Source: Mobula hypostoma
Lineage: Eukaryota
Assembly (NCBI RefSeq): GCF_963921235.1
Contig: NC_086097.1
Location: forward strand, 125,552,001 to 125,616,000
DNA length: 64,000 nt
Reading direction: 5' to 3'
Shown here: positions 1 through 12,155 of the stretch, piece after piece
How the letters are laid out: the number at the start of each line of letters is the position of its first letter
Numbering within the stretch: the stretch's first letter is position 1
Notes under the pieces: generated by a model
Database searches by the model: none
What the model was told of the DNA's origin: nothing
The model's input: only the letters and a program-made list of their open reading frames with translations
Made by a program: the position numbers and the translations under genes

Positions 1-1700
1 AGATCGATGGTGCTGAGGAAAGGGAAGGTGGAGAACAAGTTCCGGTTCAGCATCGCAGGCACAGCCATCCCAACCATCACAGAAAAGCCAGTCAAGAGCT
101 TAGGCAAAGTTTTTGACAGCTCTTTAAGGGCCACAACATCCTTTCAGGCAACCTGCACCGAGTTGGATGGCTGGCTGAAATCTGTGGACAAGTCTGGCCT
201 ACCTGGGAAGTTTAAAGCCTGGGTGTATCAGCATGGCATTCTTCCCAGAATCCTGTGGCCCCTCCTCATCTATGCAGTCCCGATCTCGACAGTCGAAACC
301 TTAGAGAGGAGGGTTAGCAACCACCTCAGGAGATGGCTGGGGCTGCCAAAGAGCCTGAGCAGCATCGCACTCCATGGACACCACAACAAACTGCAACTGC
401 CCTTCAAATCCCTGGAGGAAGAATTCAAGGTAACAAGAGCCAGAGAGGTGCTACAGTATAGGGACTCAAGTGACCCGAAGGTGGTTAGAACAGGGATCCA
501 AGTAAGTATTGGCAGGAAGTGGAGGGCAGAGGAAGCTGTTCAGGAGGCAGAGGCGAGGCTGCATCACAGGAGGCTGGTGGGAGTGGTCACACGAGGCCGA
601 GCTGGGCTAGGATCCTTTCCAACTCCCCAAATGGACACCAGAGGGAAGGAAAGGCGTCATCTAATTCAGGAGGAGGTGAGAGCAGTACTGGAGGAGATGA
701 GAGCCTGCAAGGCGGTGGGAATGAAGCAGCAGGGAGCTTGGACAAGATGGGAGAATGCGCTTGAGAGGAAAGTGACCTGGGCTGATCTTTGGAAAGCTGA
801 GCCACACTGCATTAAATTTCTCATCCAGGCGGTGCACGATGTGCTTCCAAGCCCATCAAACCTGCACACATGGGGCAAGGCAGAGTCATCTGCGTGCCCA
901 CTGTGCTCCAAGCGAGGAACCCTGGAGCACATCCTCAGCGGCTGCGCAAGGGCACTTGGTGAGGGACGGTACAGGTGGAGGCATGATCAGGTCCTAAAGA
1001 CCATCGCTGAAGCCGTCAGTGCAGGAGTTGAGTGGGCGAAGCGGTCCCGACCCTCCAAGCAGACCATTGCCTTTGTCAGAGCTGGGGAGCAGCCAATACC
1101 TGCCAAAAGAACATCTGCAGGCATTCTGACCTCTGCAAGGGACTGGCAGCTGTTGGTGAACCCCGAAGGGCAGCTGATGTTTCCCAACCATATCGCAGCC
1201 ACCACTCTGCGACCAGACATTGTCCTAGTGCCTGAGTCGACTAAGCAAGTGGTGCTGCTGGAGCTGACAGTCCCATGGGAAGATAGCTTGGATGAGACCT
1301 TTGAAAGGAAGCTCTCCAAGTACGCAGGACTGGTTAGCAACTGTCAGCAGGCTGGATGGAGAGCGAGGTGTCTCCCAGTGGAGGTTGGTTGTAGGGGATT
1401 CGTAGCCTGTTCTTTAGTTAGAGCCTTCAGCATTTTGGGCATTGAGGGAGAGAGGAAGAGGAGAGCCATCTGCAGCACCACCGATACAGCAGAGAGGGCC
1501 TCAAGATGGTTGTGGTTCAAAAGAGGGGAGCCATGGAGTCATAAGTAGCTAGCCATCTGGACACAAGCTGGGGTTTGATCAGCCCCGGCTGGGTCACCTG
1601 GAGGAGGTTGTATGATGTTGAAAGACCCGAAACACCCGATGATTCCAGGAACATCACTGAAGATGTGTTCAGAAGTACCAATAGATGTATGTACACAGCG
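1..1700 (+). mobile_element. 3' half of a HERO-clade (R2-superfamily, restriction-like endonuclease) non-LTR retrotransposon incl. 3' UTR; continues upstream of window
   Basis: 513-aa open frame from the window edge with CCHC knuckle, RHD motif and PD-(D/E)xK core, followed by ~150 bp of 3' UTR. Clade assignment from recalled HERO C-terminal motifs (LELTVPWE, VEVGCRGF, ASRWLW). Confidence 0.85.
7..1548 (+). CDS. C-terminal part of RT-RLE polyprotein (RT thumb, CCHC zinc knuckle, restriction-like endonuclease); 5'-partial
   Basis: CPLCSKRGTLEHILSGC, RHDQVL, RPDIVL...LELTVPWE...KLSKY; no stops or frameshifts over 513 codons. Confidence 0.9.
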   Translation: MVLRKGKVENKFRFSIAGTAIPTITEKPVKSLGKVFDSSLRATTSFQATCTELDGWLKSVDKSGLPGKFKAWVYQHGILPRILWPLLIYAVPISTVETLERRVSNHLRRWLGLPKSLSSIALHGHHNKLQLPFKSLEEEFKVTRAREVLQYRDSSDPKVVRTGIQVSIGRKWRAEEAVQEAEARLHHRRLVGVVTRGRAGLGSFPTPQMDTRGKERRHLIQEEVRAVLEEMRACKAVGMKQQGAWTRWENALERKVTWADLWKAEPHCIKFLIQAVHDVLPSPSNLHTWGKAESSACPLCSKRGTLEHILSGCARALGEGRYRWRHDQVLKTIAEAVSAGVEWAKRSRPSKQTIAFVRAGEQPIPAKRTSAGILTSARDWQLLVNPEGQLMFPNHIAATTLRPDIVLVPESTKQVVLLELTVPWEDSLDETFERKLSKYAGLVSNCQQAGWRARCLPVEVGCRGFVACSLVRAFSILGIEGERKRRAICSTTDTAERASRWLWFKRGEPWSHK

Positions 1701-2161
1701 GCACTAAGGGTGTGCACAACAGTGACTTAGCTAATGTTGCTACTGTATGTTTCATTTACACAAATCGGAATTACTGTGTTTATTTTGTGTTGATCCATTT
1801 TCACACTCTGGGCAGCTGTTGTGATGATCAACAACAAAGGGAAAGGAGAGCGAGTGCATGTGAACACGAACTTTCCCTCAACCTCACTGGCCTTGCAACT
1901 GGATGTGCTGTTCACTGGTTACATGTTAATGTTCTCCCCAAAATAGTATCTGGCTGGACACAGCAGCGACAGCCAAGGGTACAGCAGATCAAGGATCCAG
2001 GATCAAATATTTGCCATATACTCTGTATTTACATGTACGTATTAGGAATTTGTTGTGGTGTGTTGATCAGGGTGCAACATGCAATAAAAAACAACATTCA
2101 TCAATTCAAAGTGCAAAGTACATATATGTCACCATATACAATCCTTAGATTTATTTTCTTA

Positions 2162-2369
2162 CATCATTGTTGTCCCTTCTCACGCCTTATGGCACATCCG
2201 GCAGATATCTTGCCGTTTCTTTAGCATTTTGTCTGTTTTTCATGAGGCCGAGTTGCTAGCTCAACACTCAACCCAGCCCAGATGGAAGGAGAGCAAGGAG
2301 CTGGTCGGATTCAAACCCGGGACCATTCGTCTCGGGTCCGGTTCAGACGCCACTATGCCATCGGCTGGC
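2162..2369 (-). mobile_element. tRNA-derived SINE inserted into an older LINE tail
   Basis: Minus strand has A box TGGCATAGTGG and B box GGTTTGAATCC; imperfect ~11-bp flanking duplication (TATTTTCTTAC / TATCTTCTTGC). Confidence 0.65.
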
Positions 2370-2529
2370 TATCTTCTTGCCAGCATACTCAATAAATCCA
2401 ATAACCATAAACGAATCAATGAAGCATCGCACCTACAGGGTGGACAACCATTGTGCAAAAGACAACATACTGTACAAATACAAAAAGAAATAATAATATT
2501 AAATAAATAAGTAATAAATATCAAGAACA

Positions 2530-3850
2530 TGAGAAGAAGAGTCCTTGAAAGTGAGCCTATAGGTTGTGGGAACAGTTCAGTGATGTTATACCCTCTGGTA
2601 CAAGAGCCTGATGGTTGAGGAGTAATAACTATTCCTGAACATGATGGTGAAAGTCCTGAGGCTCCTGTACCTTCTTCTCAATGGCAGCAGTGAGAAGAGA
2701 GCATGATCACAAGAAAATCTGCCTATGCTGGAAATCCAAAGCAACACATACAAAATGCTGGAGGAACTCAGCAGGTCAAGCAGCATCTATGGAAAAAAGT
2801 ACACAGTCGACGTTTAGTCTAAAACAGACCATGATCTGGGCGCTGGGGGTCCCTAATGATGGATGTGGCTTTTCTGCAGCAATGCTCCATGTAGATGTGT
2901 TCAAAGGTAGGGAGGGTTTTACCCATGATAGCTTGGACGGTATCCACTACTTTTTGTCGGATTTTCTGTTCAAGGGTCGTGGTGTTTCCATACCAGGCTG
3001 TGATGCAACCAGTCAATATAGTCTACACCACACATCGACAGAAGCTTATCAAAGTTTTAGACGTCATGCCAAATCTTTGCAGATCTCTGAGTATTATAGT
3101 GTGTAAGTAGTTATTAAGAATTATATAAAATATAATGTTAGACATCAAAGTATAGATGTGGGATAAAATGCTAACAAATACATAAATATCAGCACATACT
3201 TACAATGTAAACAGCATTATAAAAATAGTTTGAAAATGCTTACAGTGCATTTCACTGATTGAGGTAATAGATAGAGGGGGTGGAGGGTGCTAAAGTTGAT
3301 CAGATTAACTGCCTGGAGGAAGAAGCTTTTAAGATGGTGTGAAGATAATGTTTTAATAGCCCTATAGCACTTTCCAGAAGGGAACTTTTGAAAAAGGAAG
3401 TTCGTTGATTGGGTAAGTATCACAATAATTTTTCCTACCCACTTCTTTTTCCTGGACACATACTGTACAAATCCTGCAGTGATGGTAGACCACAGTTAAT
3501 GACCTTTTCTGCTGACCTGCCAGTTCACTGTAGTTTCCATACATTGTAAGAGGATGCTGCACCAAACCAGACAGTAATGTCTGATGTGACGATTCACTCT
3601 ATGATGACAGTGTAGAATTGCACTAATACGTTTTGGGGAAGATGGAAATTTACTAACTAACACAAGAAGTACATCCTCTGCCGAATCTTTTTGTTAATGA
3701 AGGAGATATGATTCTCCCAGATGAGATCCTGCAAGAGAATGATGCCCAGGAACCTGAACGTTGAAATGGTGCTAACTACAGAGTTGTTGATGATGAGAGT
3801 GGGTTCAAAGGAGTCTCAATTCTCCTGGTCAATTTGCATTTCCACTGTTT
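2530..3850 (-). mobile_element. Cluster of decayed Rex1/Babar-type LINE 3' fragments
   Basis: Minus ORF remnants GCITAWYGN...IIRDPQRPDHGLF and FPSGKCYRAIK...LKSFF, typical of the Rex1 RT C-terminus. Confidence 0.7.
2709..2829 (-). mobile_element. Short Penelope terminal fragment with 7-bp TSD
   Basis: Matches the shared PLE terminal sequence (tgctggaggaactcagcagg...cagtcgacg); flanked by CATGATC at 2702-2708 and 2830-2836. Confidence 0.7.
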
Positions 3851-4319
3851 TGAGGGCATCCAAAATTGCAAGTGGATAGGTTGTTCATTGATATCAAGGG
3901 TCAGCTGCATACATGTTAATGTTCTCCCCACAATAATATCCAGTATGACTCACAACAGCACTAGTCAAGGGTACAACAGATGTCAACCAGAGCTAATTCA
4001 GCATTTTTGTGGTCCAAAACATGGATTACAATTGAAGAATTTCGTAGCCACTGTGTGTCCACTGTGCGTGTGTCATACTCCAGACGGCACAGTTCATAGT
4101 TTATTTTCAACAGTTCACTAGTTCCATTTAAAGTCAGAGAAATGTATACAATATACATCCTGATATTCTTGTTTTTTATTGTGAACGCAAACAGATCTTC
4201 CCCATTTTCTTATGTAGGGCTCCTCCATATAGACAAAAAGGGTTAGTTATGTAAAATACCAAAATCCGAACAGCGTGAGCATCAAAATTCAAGTCACTAA
4301 AACTTTCAAGTTTCAAGTT

Positions 4320-4830
4320 TGGAGATAGTGAGGGAAGTTAGTGGTCAGGCTAGTGTGTAGGGACAGGGATGTGGAGGGAATTAGAGGTCAAGCCAGAGTC
4401 TAAGCCTCCATTCCGTATTCGAAGGCCAGCGCCGTGGACATGGGACATCTATGGCCAGAGACTGAGTCTGCAAACCTCTGCAAGCCCACTGGGGAAGTCG
4501 AGGGCCTAGTATCTGGATTCTAAGCCCAAGTCCACTGGAGGCTGAAGACAGCCTGTCCTAGGTTTAGAGGCCTGTTTATGTGCATGGATGGGAAGGAGGA
4601 AAGGGACTTGTTTTGCTGTTGTTGTTTTGTTATTTGTTGTGTAACTGTTTTGTTGTTTTCTGTGTTGTCCTACTGAGCACTGTGAGCACGCTATGTTGGT
4701 GCTGGAAAATATGTTAACACTTGCAGGCTGCTTCCAGTACACCCTCGAGTGTGTTAGTTGTTAACACAAACGATGCATTTCACTGTATGGTTCCAAGAAC
4801 ATGTGACAAATAAATTTGAATCTTGAATCT
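4320..4830 (+). mobile_element. Non-autonomous retroelement with GAATCT-type tail; same family as 21520-22350
   Basis: Shared blocks gaggtca(a/g)gccagag..taagcctc and ...catttcactgtatg..catgtgacaaataaa..gaatcttgaatct. Confidence 0.6.
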
Positions 4831-5737
4831 TATGGTTCCAAGGAATAAGCCCATCAAACAGCACATGGTACCACTGCTTAATACTCTGAGGCACAAGTGG
4901 AAACTCAAGAGCACATACTGCACTGTGGATACACAAGAGAAGGCAGATGCTGGAATCTGGAGCAACACACAAAACACTGGAGGGACTCAGTGAGTCAGGC
5001 AACACTTACTGTGGGAAATGGACAGTTGCCATTTCGGATCATCTGGTCTGCTGAGCTCCTCCAGCGATTTGGGTGTTGCCCATGTATTACCCATTTGCTT
5101 TTGGCAGGTTCGGGAAATGACAATATTGGTGAGAAACAGCAAAGAAACCAAATCATGATTATTTCTGCATAATTCCAATGCAAAGACGGTTGTAGACTCC
5201 ACCACAGTGGGAGTCATAAAATCACACAGCACAGACACAGGCCCTTCAGCCGAACTGGTCACAAAGCTGACCAAGATACCCACTTAAGCTAGTCCTATTT
5301 GCCCATCTTCGATCCCTATCCCTTTAAACCTTTTCTAGCCATGTACTTCTCCAAGTATCTTATAAATAGAGCTAACTAAACGCCTCGACCACTTTCTCTG
5401 GTACTTCATTCCATATACTAAAACATAAAATATTACAGCACAGTACAGGCCCTTTGGCCCACAATGTTGTGCTGACCTTTTAACCCACTCTAAAATCAAT
5501 CTTCCCTCTTACATAGCCCTCTATTTTTCTATCATCCATGTGCCTATCTAAGAATTTCTTAAATGCCCCTAACGTACCTGTCTCTACCATCACCATGCAC
5601 CTACCACTCACTGTATAAAAATATACCTCTGACATCCTCCCTATACTTTCTTTCAATCACCTTAATACTATAGTGCCTTGTATTAGCTATTTTCGCCCTG
5701 GGAAAATGTCTCTGGTAGTCAACTCAATCTATACATC

Positions 5738-8000
5738 TAACAACACGCATAAAAATTGCTGGTGAACGCAGCAGGCCAGGCAGCATCTATAGGAAGAGGT
5801 ACAGTCGACGTTTTGGGCCGAGACCCTTCGTCAGGACTAACTGAAAGAAGAAATAGTAAGAGATTTGAAAGTGGGAGGGGGAGGGGGAAGATCCAAAATG
5901 ATAGGAGAAGATGGGGGGGGGGGGAGAGGGATGCAGCTAAGAGCTGGAAAGTTGATTGGCAAAAGGGATATGAGAGGATCATGGGACGGGAGGCCTAAGG
6001 AGAAAGAAAGGGGGAGGGGGGGAAACCCAGAGGATGGGCAAGGAGTATGGTGAAAGGGACAGAGGGAGAAAAAGAGAGAAAAAAATATATATATAATAAT
6101 AAATAAGTAACGGATGGGGTATGAAGGGGAGGTGGGGCATTAATGGAAGTTAGAGAAGTCAATGTTCATGCCATCAGGTTGGAGGCTACCCAGACGGAAT
6201 ATAAGGTGGTGTTCCTCCAACCTGAGTGTGGCTTCATCTTTACAGTAGAGGAGGCCATGGATAGACATATCAGAATGGGAATGGGACGTGGAATTAAAAT
6301 GTGTGGCCACAGGGAGATCCTGCTTTCTCTGGCGGACAGAGCATAGGTGTTCAGCAAAACGATCACCCAGCCTGCGTCGGGTCTCGCCAATATATAGAAG
6401 GCCACATCGGGAGCACCGGACACAGTATATCACACCAGCCGACTCACAGGTGAAGTGTCGCCTCACCTGGAAGGACTGTCTGGGGCCCTGAATGGTGGTG
6501 AAGGAGGAAGTGTAAGGGCATGTGTAGCACTTGTTCTGCCTATAAGGATAAGTGCTGTGAGGGAGATCGGTGGGAAGGGATAGGGAGGACGAATGGACAA
6601 GGAAGTCGCTTAGGGAGCGATCCCTGGGGAAAGCAGAGTGGGGGGGGAAGGAAAGATGTGCTTAGTGGTGGGATCCCGTTGAAGGTGGCGGAAGTTACGG
6701 AGGATTATATGTTGGTTCGGGAGGCTGGTGGGGTGGTAGGTGAGGATCAGAGGAACCCTACTCCTAGTGAGGTGGCAAGAGGATGGGGTGAGAGCAGATG
6801 TGCGTGAAATGGGAGAGATGCGTTTGAGAGCAGAGTTGATAGTGGAAAAAGGAGAACACCTCCTTCGTCCTGGAATGAAAAGCCTCATCCTGAGAGCAGA
6901 TGCGGCGGAGATGGAGGAATTGCGAGAAGGGGATGGCATTTTTGCAAGAGACAGGGTGAGAAGAGGAATACTCCAGGTAGCTGTGAGAGTCCGTAGGCTT
7001 ATAGTAGACATCAGTAGATAAGCTGTCTCCAGAGATAGAGACAGAAAGATCCAGAAATGGGAGGGAGGTGTCGGAAATGGACCAGGTAAACTTGAGGGCA
7101 GGGTGAAAGTTGGAGGCAAAGTTAATAAAGTCAACGAGCTCAGCATGCGTGCAGGAAGCAGCGCCAATGCAGTCGTCCATGTAGCGAAGGAAAAGTGGGG
7201 TACAGATACCAGTAAAGGCTTGGAACATGGATTGTTCCACAAAGCCAACAAAAAGGCAGGCACAGCTGGGACCCATACGGGTGCCAATGGCTACACCTTT
7301 AGTTTGGAGGAAGTGGGAGGAGCCAAAGAAGAAATTATTAAGAGTAAGGACTAATTCCGCTAGACGGAGCAGAGTGGTGGTAGAGGGGTACTGGTTAGGT
7401 CTGGAATCCAAAAAGAAGCGGAGAGCTTTGAGACTTCCTGATGGGGGATGGAAGCATATAGGGACTGGACATCCATGGTGAAAATAAAGCGGTGGGGGCC
7501 AGGGAACTTAAAATCATCAAAAAATTTCAGAGCGTGAGAAGTGTCGTACATAGGTAGGAAGGATTGAACAAAGGAGGATAAAACAGTGTCGAGCTATGCA
7601 GAAATGAGTTCGGTAGGGCAGGAGCAAGCTAAGACAATAGGTCTACCTGGACAGGCAGGTTTGTGGATCTTGGGCAGGAGGTAGAAACGGGAAGTGCGGG
7701 GTGTGGGAACTATAAGGTTGGTAGCAGTGGATGGGAGATCCCCTGAGTGGATAAAATTGGTGATGGTGTGGGAGACAATGGCCTGGTGCTCCAAAGTGGG
7801 GTCATGATCGAGGGGTAAATAAGTGGAGGTATCCGCGAGTTGACGCTGTGCCTCGGCAAGGTAGAGTTCAGTACGCCAGACTACAACAGCACCCCCTTAT
7901 CAGCGGGTTTTATAGTAAGGTTAGGATTAGTGCTGAGGGAGTGAAGAGCAGAGCATTCGGAAGGAGTGAGGTTGGAATTGGAACAAGGTGTGGTGAAGTC
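5738..8000 (-). mobile_element. Penelope-like element (Neptune type: RT + Zn motif + GIY-YIG), frameshifted, 5'-truncated, inserted in a CR1 fragment
   Basis: RT motifs FYLLPKIHK..PGRPIV, GVAIGTRMGPSCA, FLRYMDDC, LPFLDL, YYKPTDSHSYL; GIY-YIG VIYCVRCSRCGLLYIGET...FAEH (6140-6466). CR1 host sequence resumes after 8000. Confidence 0.92.
5803..5838 (-). ncRNA. Minimal type I hammerhead ribozyme motif in PLE terminal repeat (GAAA mutated to AAAA)
   Basis: Minus strand AGTC-CTGACGA-AGGGTCTCGGCCC-AAAA-CGTC-GACT: stem I AGUC/GACU, CUGANGA core, stem II GGG/CCC, GUC cleavage triplet. Confidence 0.75.
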
Positions 8001-8191
8001 ATTTTGTACACCTCTATAAAGACTTCTCTCATCCTCCTTCGCTGCAAAGAGAAAGCCTTAGCTCGCTCGACCTATGCTCATAACACATGCTCTCCAATCC
8101 AGGAAAGTCCTGGTAAATCTTCTCTGCATCCTCTCTAAAGCTTCCATATTCTTCCTATAATGAGGCAAACAAAACTGAAAACAATATTCCA

Positions 8192-8291
8192 AGTCATCCT
8201 GCCAAAGGGTCTCAGCCCAAAACGTCGACTGTACTTTCTTCCACAGATGCTGCCGGGCCTGCTGAGTTCCTCCAGCATTTTCTGTGTTGTT
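8192..8291 (+). mobile_element. 100-bp PLE terminal fragment with degraded hammerhead and 11-bp TSD, inside a CR1 fragment
   Basis: ACAATATTCCA at 8181-8191 and 8292-8302; insert contains ...aagggtctcagcccaaaacgtcgact. Confidence 0.75.
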
Positions 8292-8419
8292 ACAATATTC
8301 CATGTGGTCTAACCAGAGTTTTATTAAGCTGCAACATTACCTGGTGAAAACATTGACCAACCTCAGGGTGAAAAAGTTACACCTTTAATCTCTCCCCTCT
8401 CACCGTAAATCTACGCCTT

Positions 8420-9390
8420 CTACAAAGTACATTTATTATCAAAGTATGTATAGAGTAGACAACCTTGATATTCATCTTTTTGCTGCCAGCCACTTGGCAC
8501 ACAATTAAAGAAAAACACATTTAAAGAAAAACCCCACACAAGACCATCAAGCACCCAATGTGTGAAAAAAGTGCAAGTCGTGCAAACAATAAAAAGTAAA
8601 CAAATAGCATTAGAGTTCCCGAAAGCGTGCCCACAGCCAAGGAGCCACTGAGGCAAATGAAGTCGGTCCAGGATCCTGATGTTCACAGGCCACGGCCACA
8701 GAGTCAATTCAGAGCCGAAACACCTTCATCTAGTAATTTCTAAGGTAAGAACATGTTCGGCACAACTTTGTGGGCCAAAGGGCCTGTATTGTGCTGTAGG
8801 TTTTCTATGTTTCTATGTTCTGTCAAATTGAGCAAATAGTTTAAAAAGAAGCAACCAAAAACACAACGAACATGAACTGCAGAATCCCCAAAAGTGAGTC
8901 CACAACTGCGGAGCGCGTTCAGCGCTGAGGTGAAAGGAGCATGTCCAGAGCCCAATGGCTGCCAGGGTAACAGCTGCCCCCACTTCTGGCAGCAATGGGA
9001 CCCAAGCTTCCTGCACCTCCTGCACACTGGCAGCAGCAGGAAGAGACCGGTCCCATGCAGGCAGATGGTGCTGAACACCTGGTCGTTTTCCACTCTCCCC
9101 TTGATAATTTTAATCTTGCTCGATGCTTTAATCGGCATGGAGAAATGGAAGATTAGAAATCGACACAGCGTACACCCCCCAGTAATGGCCATAGCTGCAG
9201 TCTCCACGCTGAATCCCCCATGAGATCGCAGAAGCACCAGATTGCTTAGTCAGCTCAGAAATACATCATTAGAAGGGAAATTACAGACTGCAATTGATCA
9301 CAGTTCGGAAGAAATATGTTTAGAAGAAGAAGAGTGTCTAGAAGTTTTTGAGCTGTCTGCAGGATGTCGCTGTTGGTTGCTGGTGTTATC
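8420..9390 (-). mobile_element. Non-autonomous Rex-type retroelement carrying a nested CR1 3' tail (~8740-8822)
   Basis: Tail gataataaatgtactttg shared with many Rex-type ends in the window; the nested piece ends in ttctatgtttctatgttct like the CR1 at 32133-35954. Confidence 0.5.
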
Positions 9391-10029
9391 TTGCCAGAGT
9401 CTTAGCGGAATCTAGTTGTTGATTCTCCAACCCTGGAAGAAAGATGGGTGAGTTGGGCCCATTTATGTCCCTCATGATCTTATGCATCCCTATAAGATCA
9501 CTCTTCATTCTCTTCCTCTCCAATGAATAAACTCCCAAAATGTACAACCTCTCCCCGAAACTCTATTCCTCAAGGCCCAGCAACATTCTCCAAATACCTT
9601 CCAGCTGAATGGCATCTTCCTTATTTAAAGATTAAAGATTAGCTTTATTTGTGCATGTGAACATGCACATTAAGACATACAGTGAAATGCGTCATTTTCA
9701 TCAAATCAAATCAAGGGGGATTGTGCTGGGTAGTCCATAAGGATCGCCACACTTCCAGCACCAATTTAGCATGCCCACAACTTATTAACCCTAATTCATA
9801 CGTGTTTGGAATGAGGGAGGAAACCAGACCACCTGGAAGAAACCATGAGGAGAACGTACAGGTAGTAGTGGGAACTGAACCTGGATCAGTAACTGCCGGC
9901 ATAGAAAACTATTGCGCGAAGCATAATACTACCATGTCGCCTAGTTTCCTGCCAGAAAGCCTCATGCCTCCAACAAACCTTACCTTGGACTCTTAAGAGA
10001 TCTATATTTTTCCTGCCTACTGCCACAAT

Positions 10030-10225
10030 CACTGTTCCCTCTAAGCTGCGCGGGTGTGTGGCCGCGCAGTAACTGAAATGCTCCTGCACACATAGCCTTT
10101 GTTGCCACTCAGCCGGAATTTTCTTTTATATAATGTTATCATAAAGTGCCACACAGTTTTCAGGCCATGTAAATATTTCCTGCTCAGAGCAATGGCTGAT
10201 GTAAAAAACGGTAGAAGGAACGTTG
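10030..10225. mobile_element. hAT-superfamily MITE (196 bp) with 8-bp TSD
   Basis: Imperfect TIRs CACTGTTCCCTCTA / TAGAAGGAACGTTG; perfect TSD GCCACAAT at 10022-10029 and 10226-10233. Confidence 0.8.
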
Positions 10226-11514
10226 GCCACAATGATCACTGCCCATGGACTTTCCATGGAGAATGAGGTGTTCAGAAGCAAGTGTGATTGCTGTTTTAGG
10301 ATACTCAAGCTGCATGTAAGGTGTTATCTGCCCACCTTTAACACCTACTGGAGATTACAAGAAACTTAGCTCTTAGATAACTAAAATACTTGTATAAGCC
10401 TATTCCAATGGACCATAGGACCATAAGACATTGGAGCAGAATTAAGCCACTTGGCTCATCAAGTCTGCTGCGCCATTCCATTCTGGCTGATTTTACTATA
10501 CCTTTCAACCCCATTCCACTGCTTTCTCCCTGTAACCTTTGATGCCTTTTTAAATCAAGAACCTATCAACCTCTGCTTTAAATATGCCCAATGACAAAAA
10601 CTGACAAACAACCAATGTGCAAAAGAAGACAATCTATGCAAACAAACAAACAAACAAGTAAATAAATAAAGCGATCAATCAATAAATTGGTCATTCAGTA
10701 AATCAATAACTCAATCATACTGAGAACATGAGCTGCAGAGTCCTTAAAAATGAGTCCAGAGGTTGTGGAACCAGTTCAGTAAGTTCAGGAGCCTGATGGC
10801 TGGATGGTAACAACTGCTCCTGAAAATGGTAGTAAGGTTCCTGTATCTCCTTCCTAATTATCTTGAGCGTGCATCTTTTGTTGAGATTGGCACTGACTCA
10901 GCTGTGCATCCGGTCAGAACCATGAGCCAGATTTTCCAGCAAATTTTTCGTCCCTTCCTAATTCTCACTACTAGTTGACTCTTTGCTACATTGCTTCATA
11001 ACATAATGTCACCTTCCATATGACAACTTCCAGCACTCTCTCTCTTAACAGCACTCCTGTTTCACAGTCTGTTCAGCAACGTAAGAGATAAAGAGAATTT
11101 CCTCCAGTTTAGGAGAAGGGAACCAGGAGTCTTTTTTTTAATTCAAGAAAGGGAGTAGGGATAACCTTGGGAATTACAGACCAGTGAGTCTTACTTAAGT
11201 GGTGAGCAAGTTATTGAAGAAGTTTCTTAGAGAGAGGATATGTGAGCATTTGGAGAAACAGTCTTATTAGACATAGTCAGCATGGTTTTGTGAGGGGCCT
11301 GACTGAATTCTTTGAGGATATGGCAGAGCAGTGGATGTGGTGTATATGTACTTTAGTAAGGCATTTGATAAGGTTCCACATGGCAGGCTCATTTAAGTTT
11401 GTTTAACCTCACTTCCAGTTCACAAGTGTAAAGAAGAACAAAATGATTGTTACTGTGGATCAGATGCAGCACAGAAAGAAACATAATAAGATAAAGAACA
11501 CAATAAATATAAAA

Positions 11515-12155
11515 AACACACACACAAAAAGCTGGAACTCAGCATGTCAGGCAGCATCCATGGAAGTCAGCAGTCGAGATTTGGGGCCGAGACCCTTCTT
11601 CAGGATGGGAAAGGAAGGGGAAAGACGCTAGAATAAAAAGGTGGGGGGAGAAGAACAACCAGTCCTCCTCTAGTGCCACGATGAGGTCATCCTTAGGGTG
11701 GAGGAACAAAACCCTACACTCTTTCTCGGTGGCTTCCAACCTAATGGCATAAATATCGATCTCCCCTCCCAGTAAAATAAAATTTCCCATCCCCTCTTCT
11801 TCTATTCGCCATTCTGGCCTCTTACCTCTTCTCACTTGTCTATCACTTCCCCTGGGTCCTCCTCCTTCCCTTTCTCCTATGGCCCACTCTCCTCTCCTGT
11901 CACATTTCTTCATCTCCAGCCTTTACCTTTCCCAACCACCTGGCTTCACCGATCACTCTCCAGCTAGCTTCCTTCCCCTACCCCTCCTTTTTATTCTGGG
12001 ATCTTCCCCCCTCGTTTCCAGTCCTGAAGAAGGGTCTTGGCACAAAACACTGACTGTTTATTCATTTCCATAGATGCTGCCTAACCTGCTGAATTCCTCC
12101 AGTATTTTGTGTGTGTGTTGCTTTGGATTTCCAGCATCTGCAGAATTTCTTGTGT
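11515..12155. mobile_element. Inverted pair of Penelope terminal repeats with two hammerhead motifs (11572-11607 minus, 12020-12055 plus)
   Basis: The left arm is the reverse complement of the right arm's 3' part; a GIY-YIG C-terminal remnant lies in the right arm. Confidence 0.75.

Noticed and set aside
1600..1675. Possible hammerhead in the HERO 3' UTR (GAAAC and CTGAAGA boxes, small hairpin)
   Set aside because: I could not assemble the boxes into a valid stem I/II/III topology.
1685..2224. 179-aa plus-strand ORF
   Set aside because: Crosses several unrelated repeat fragments and has no recognisable domain.
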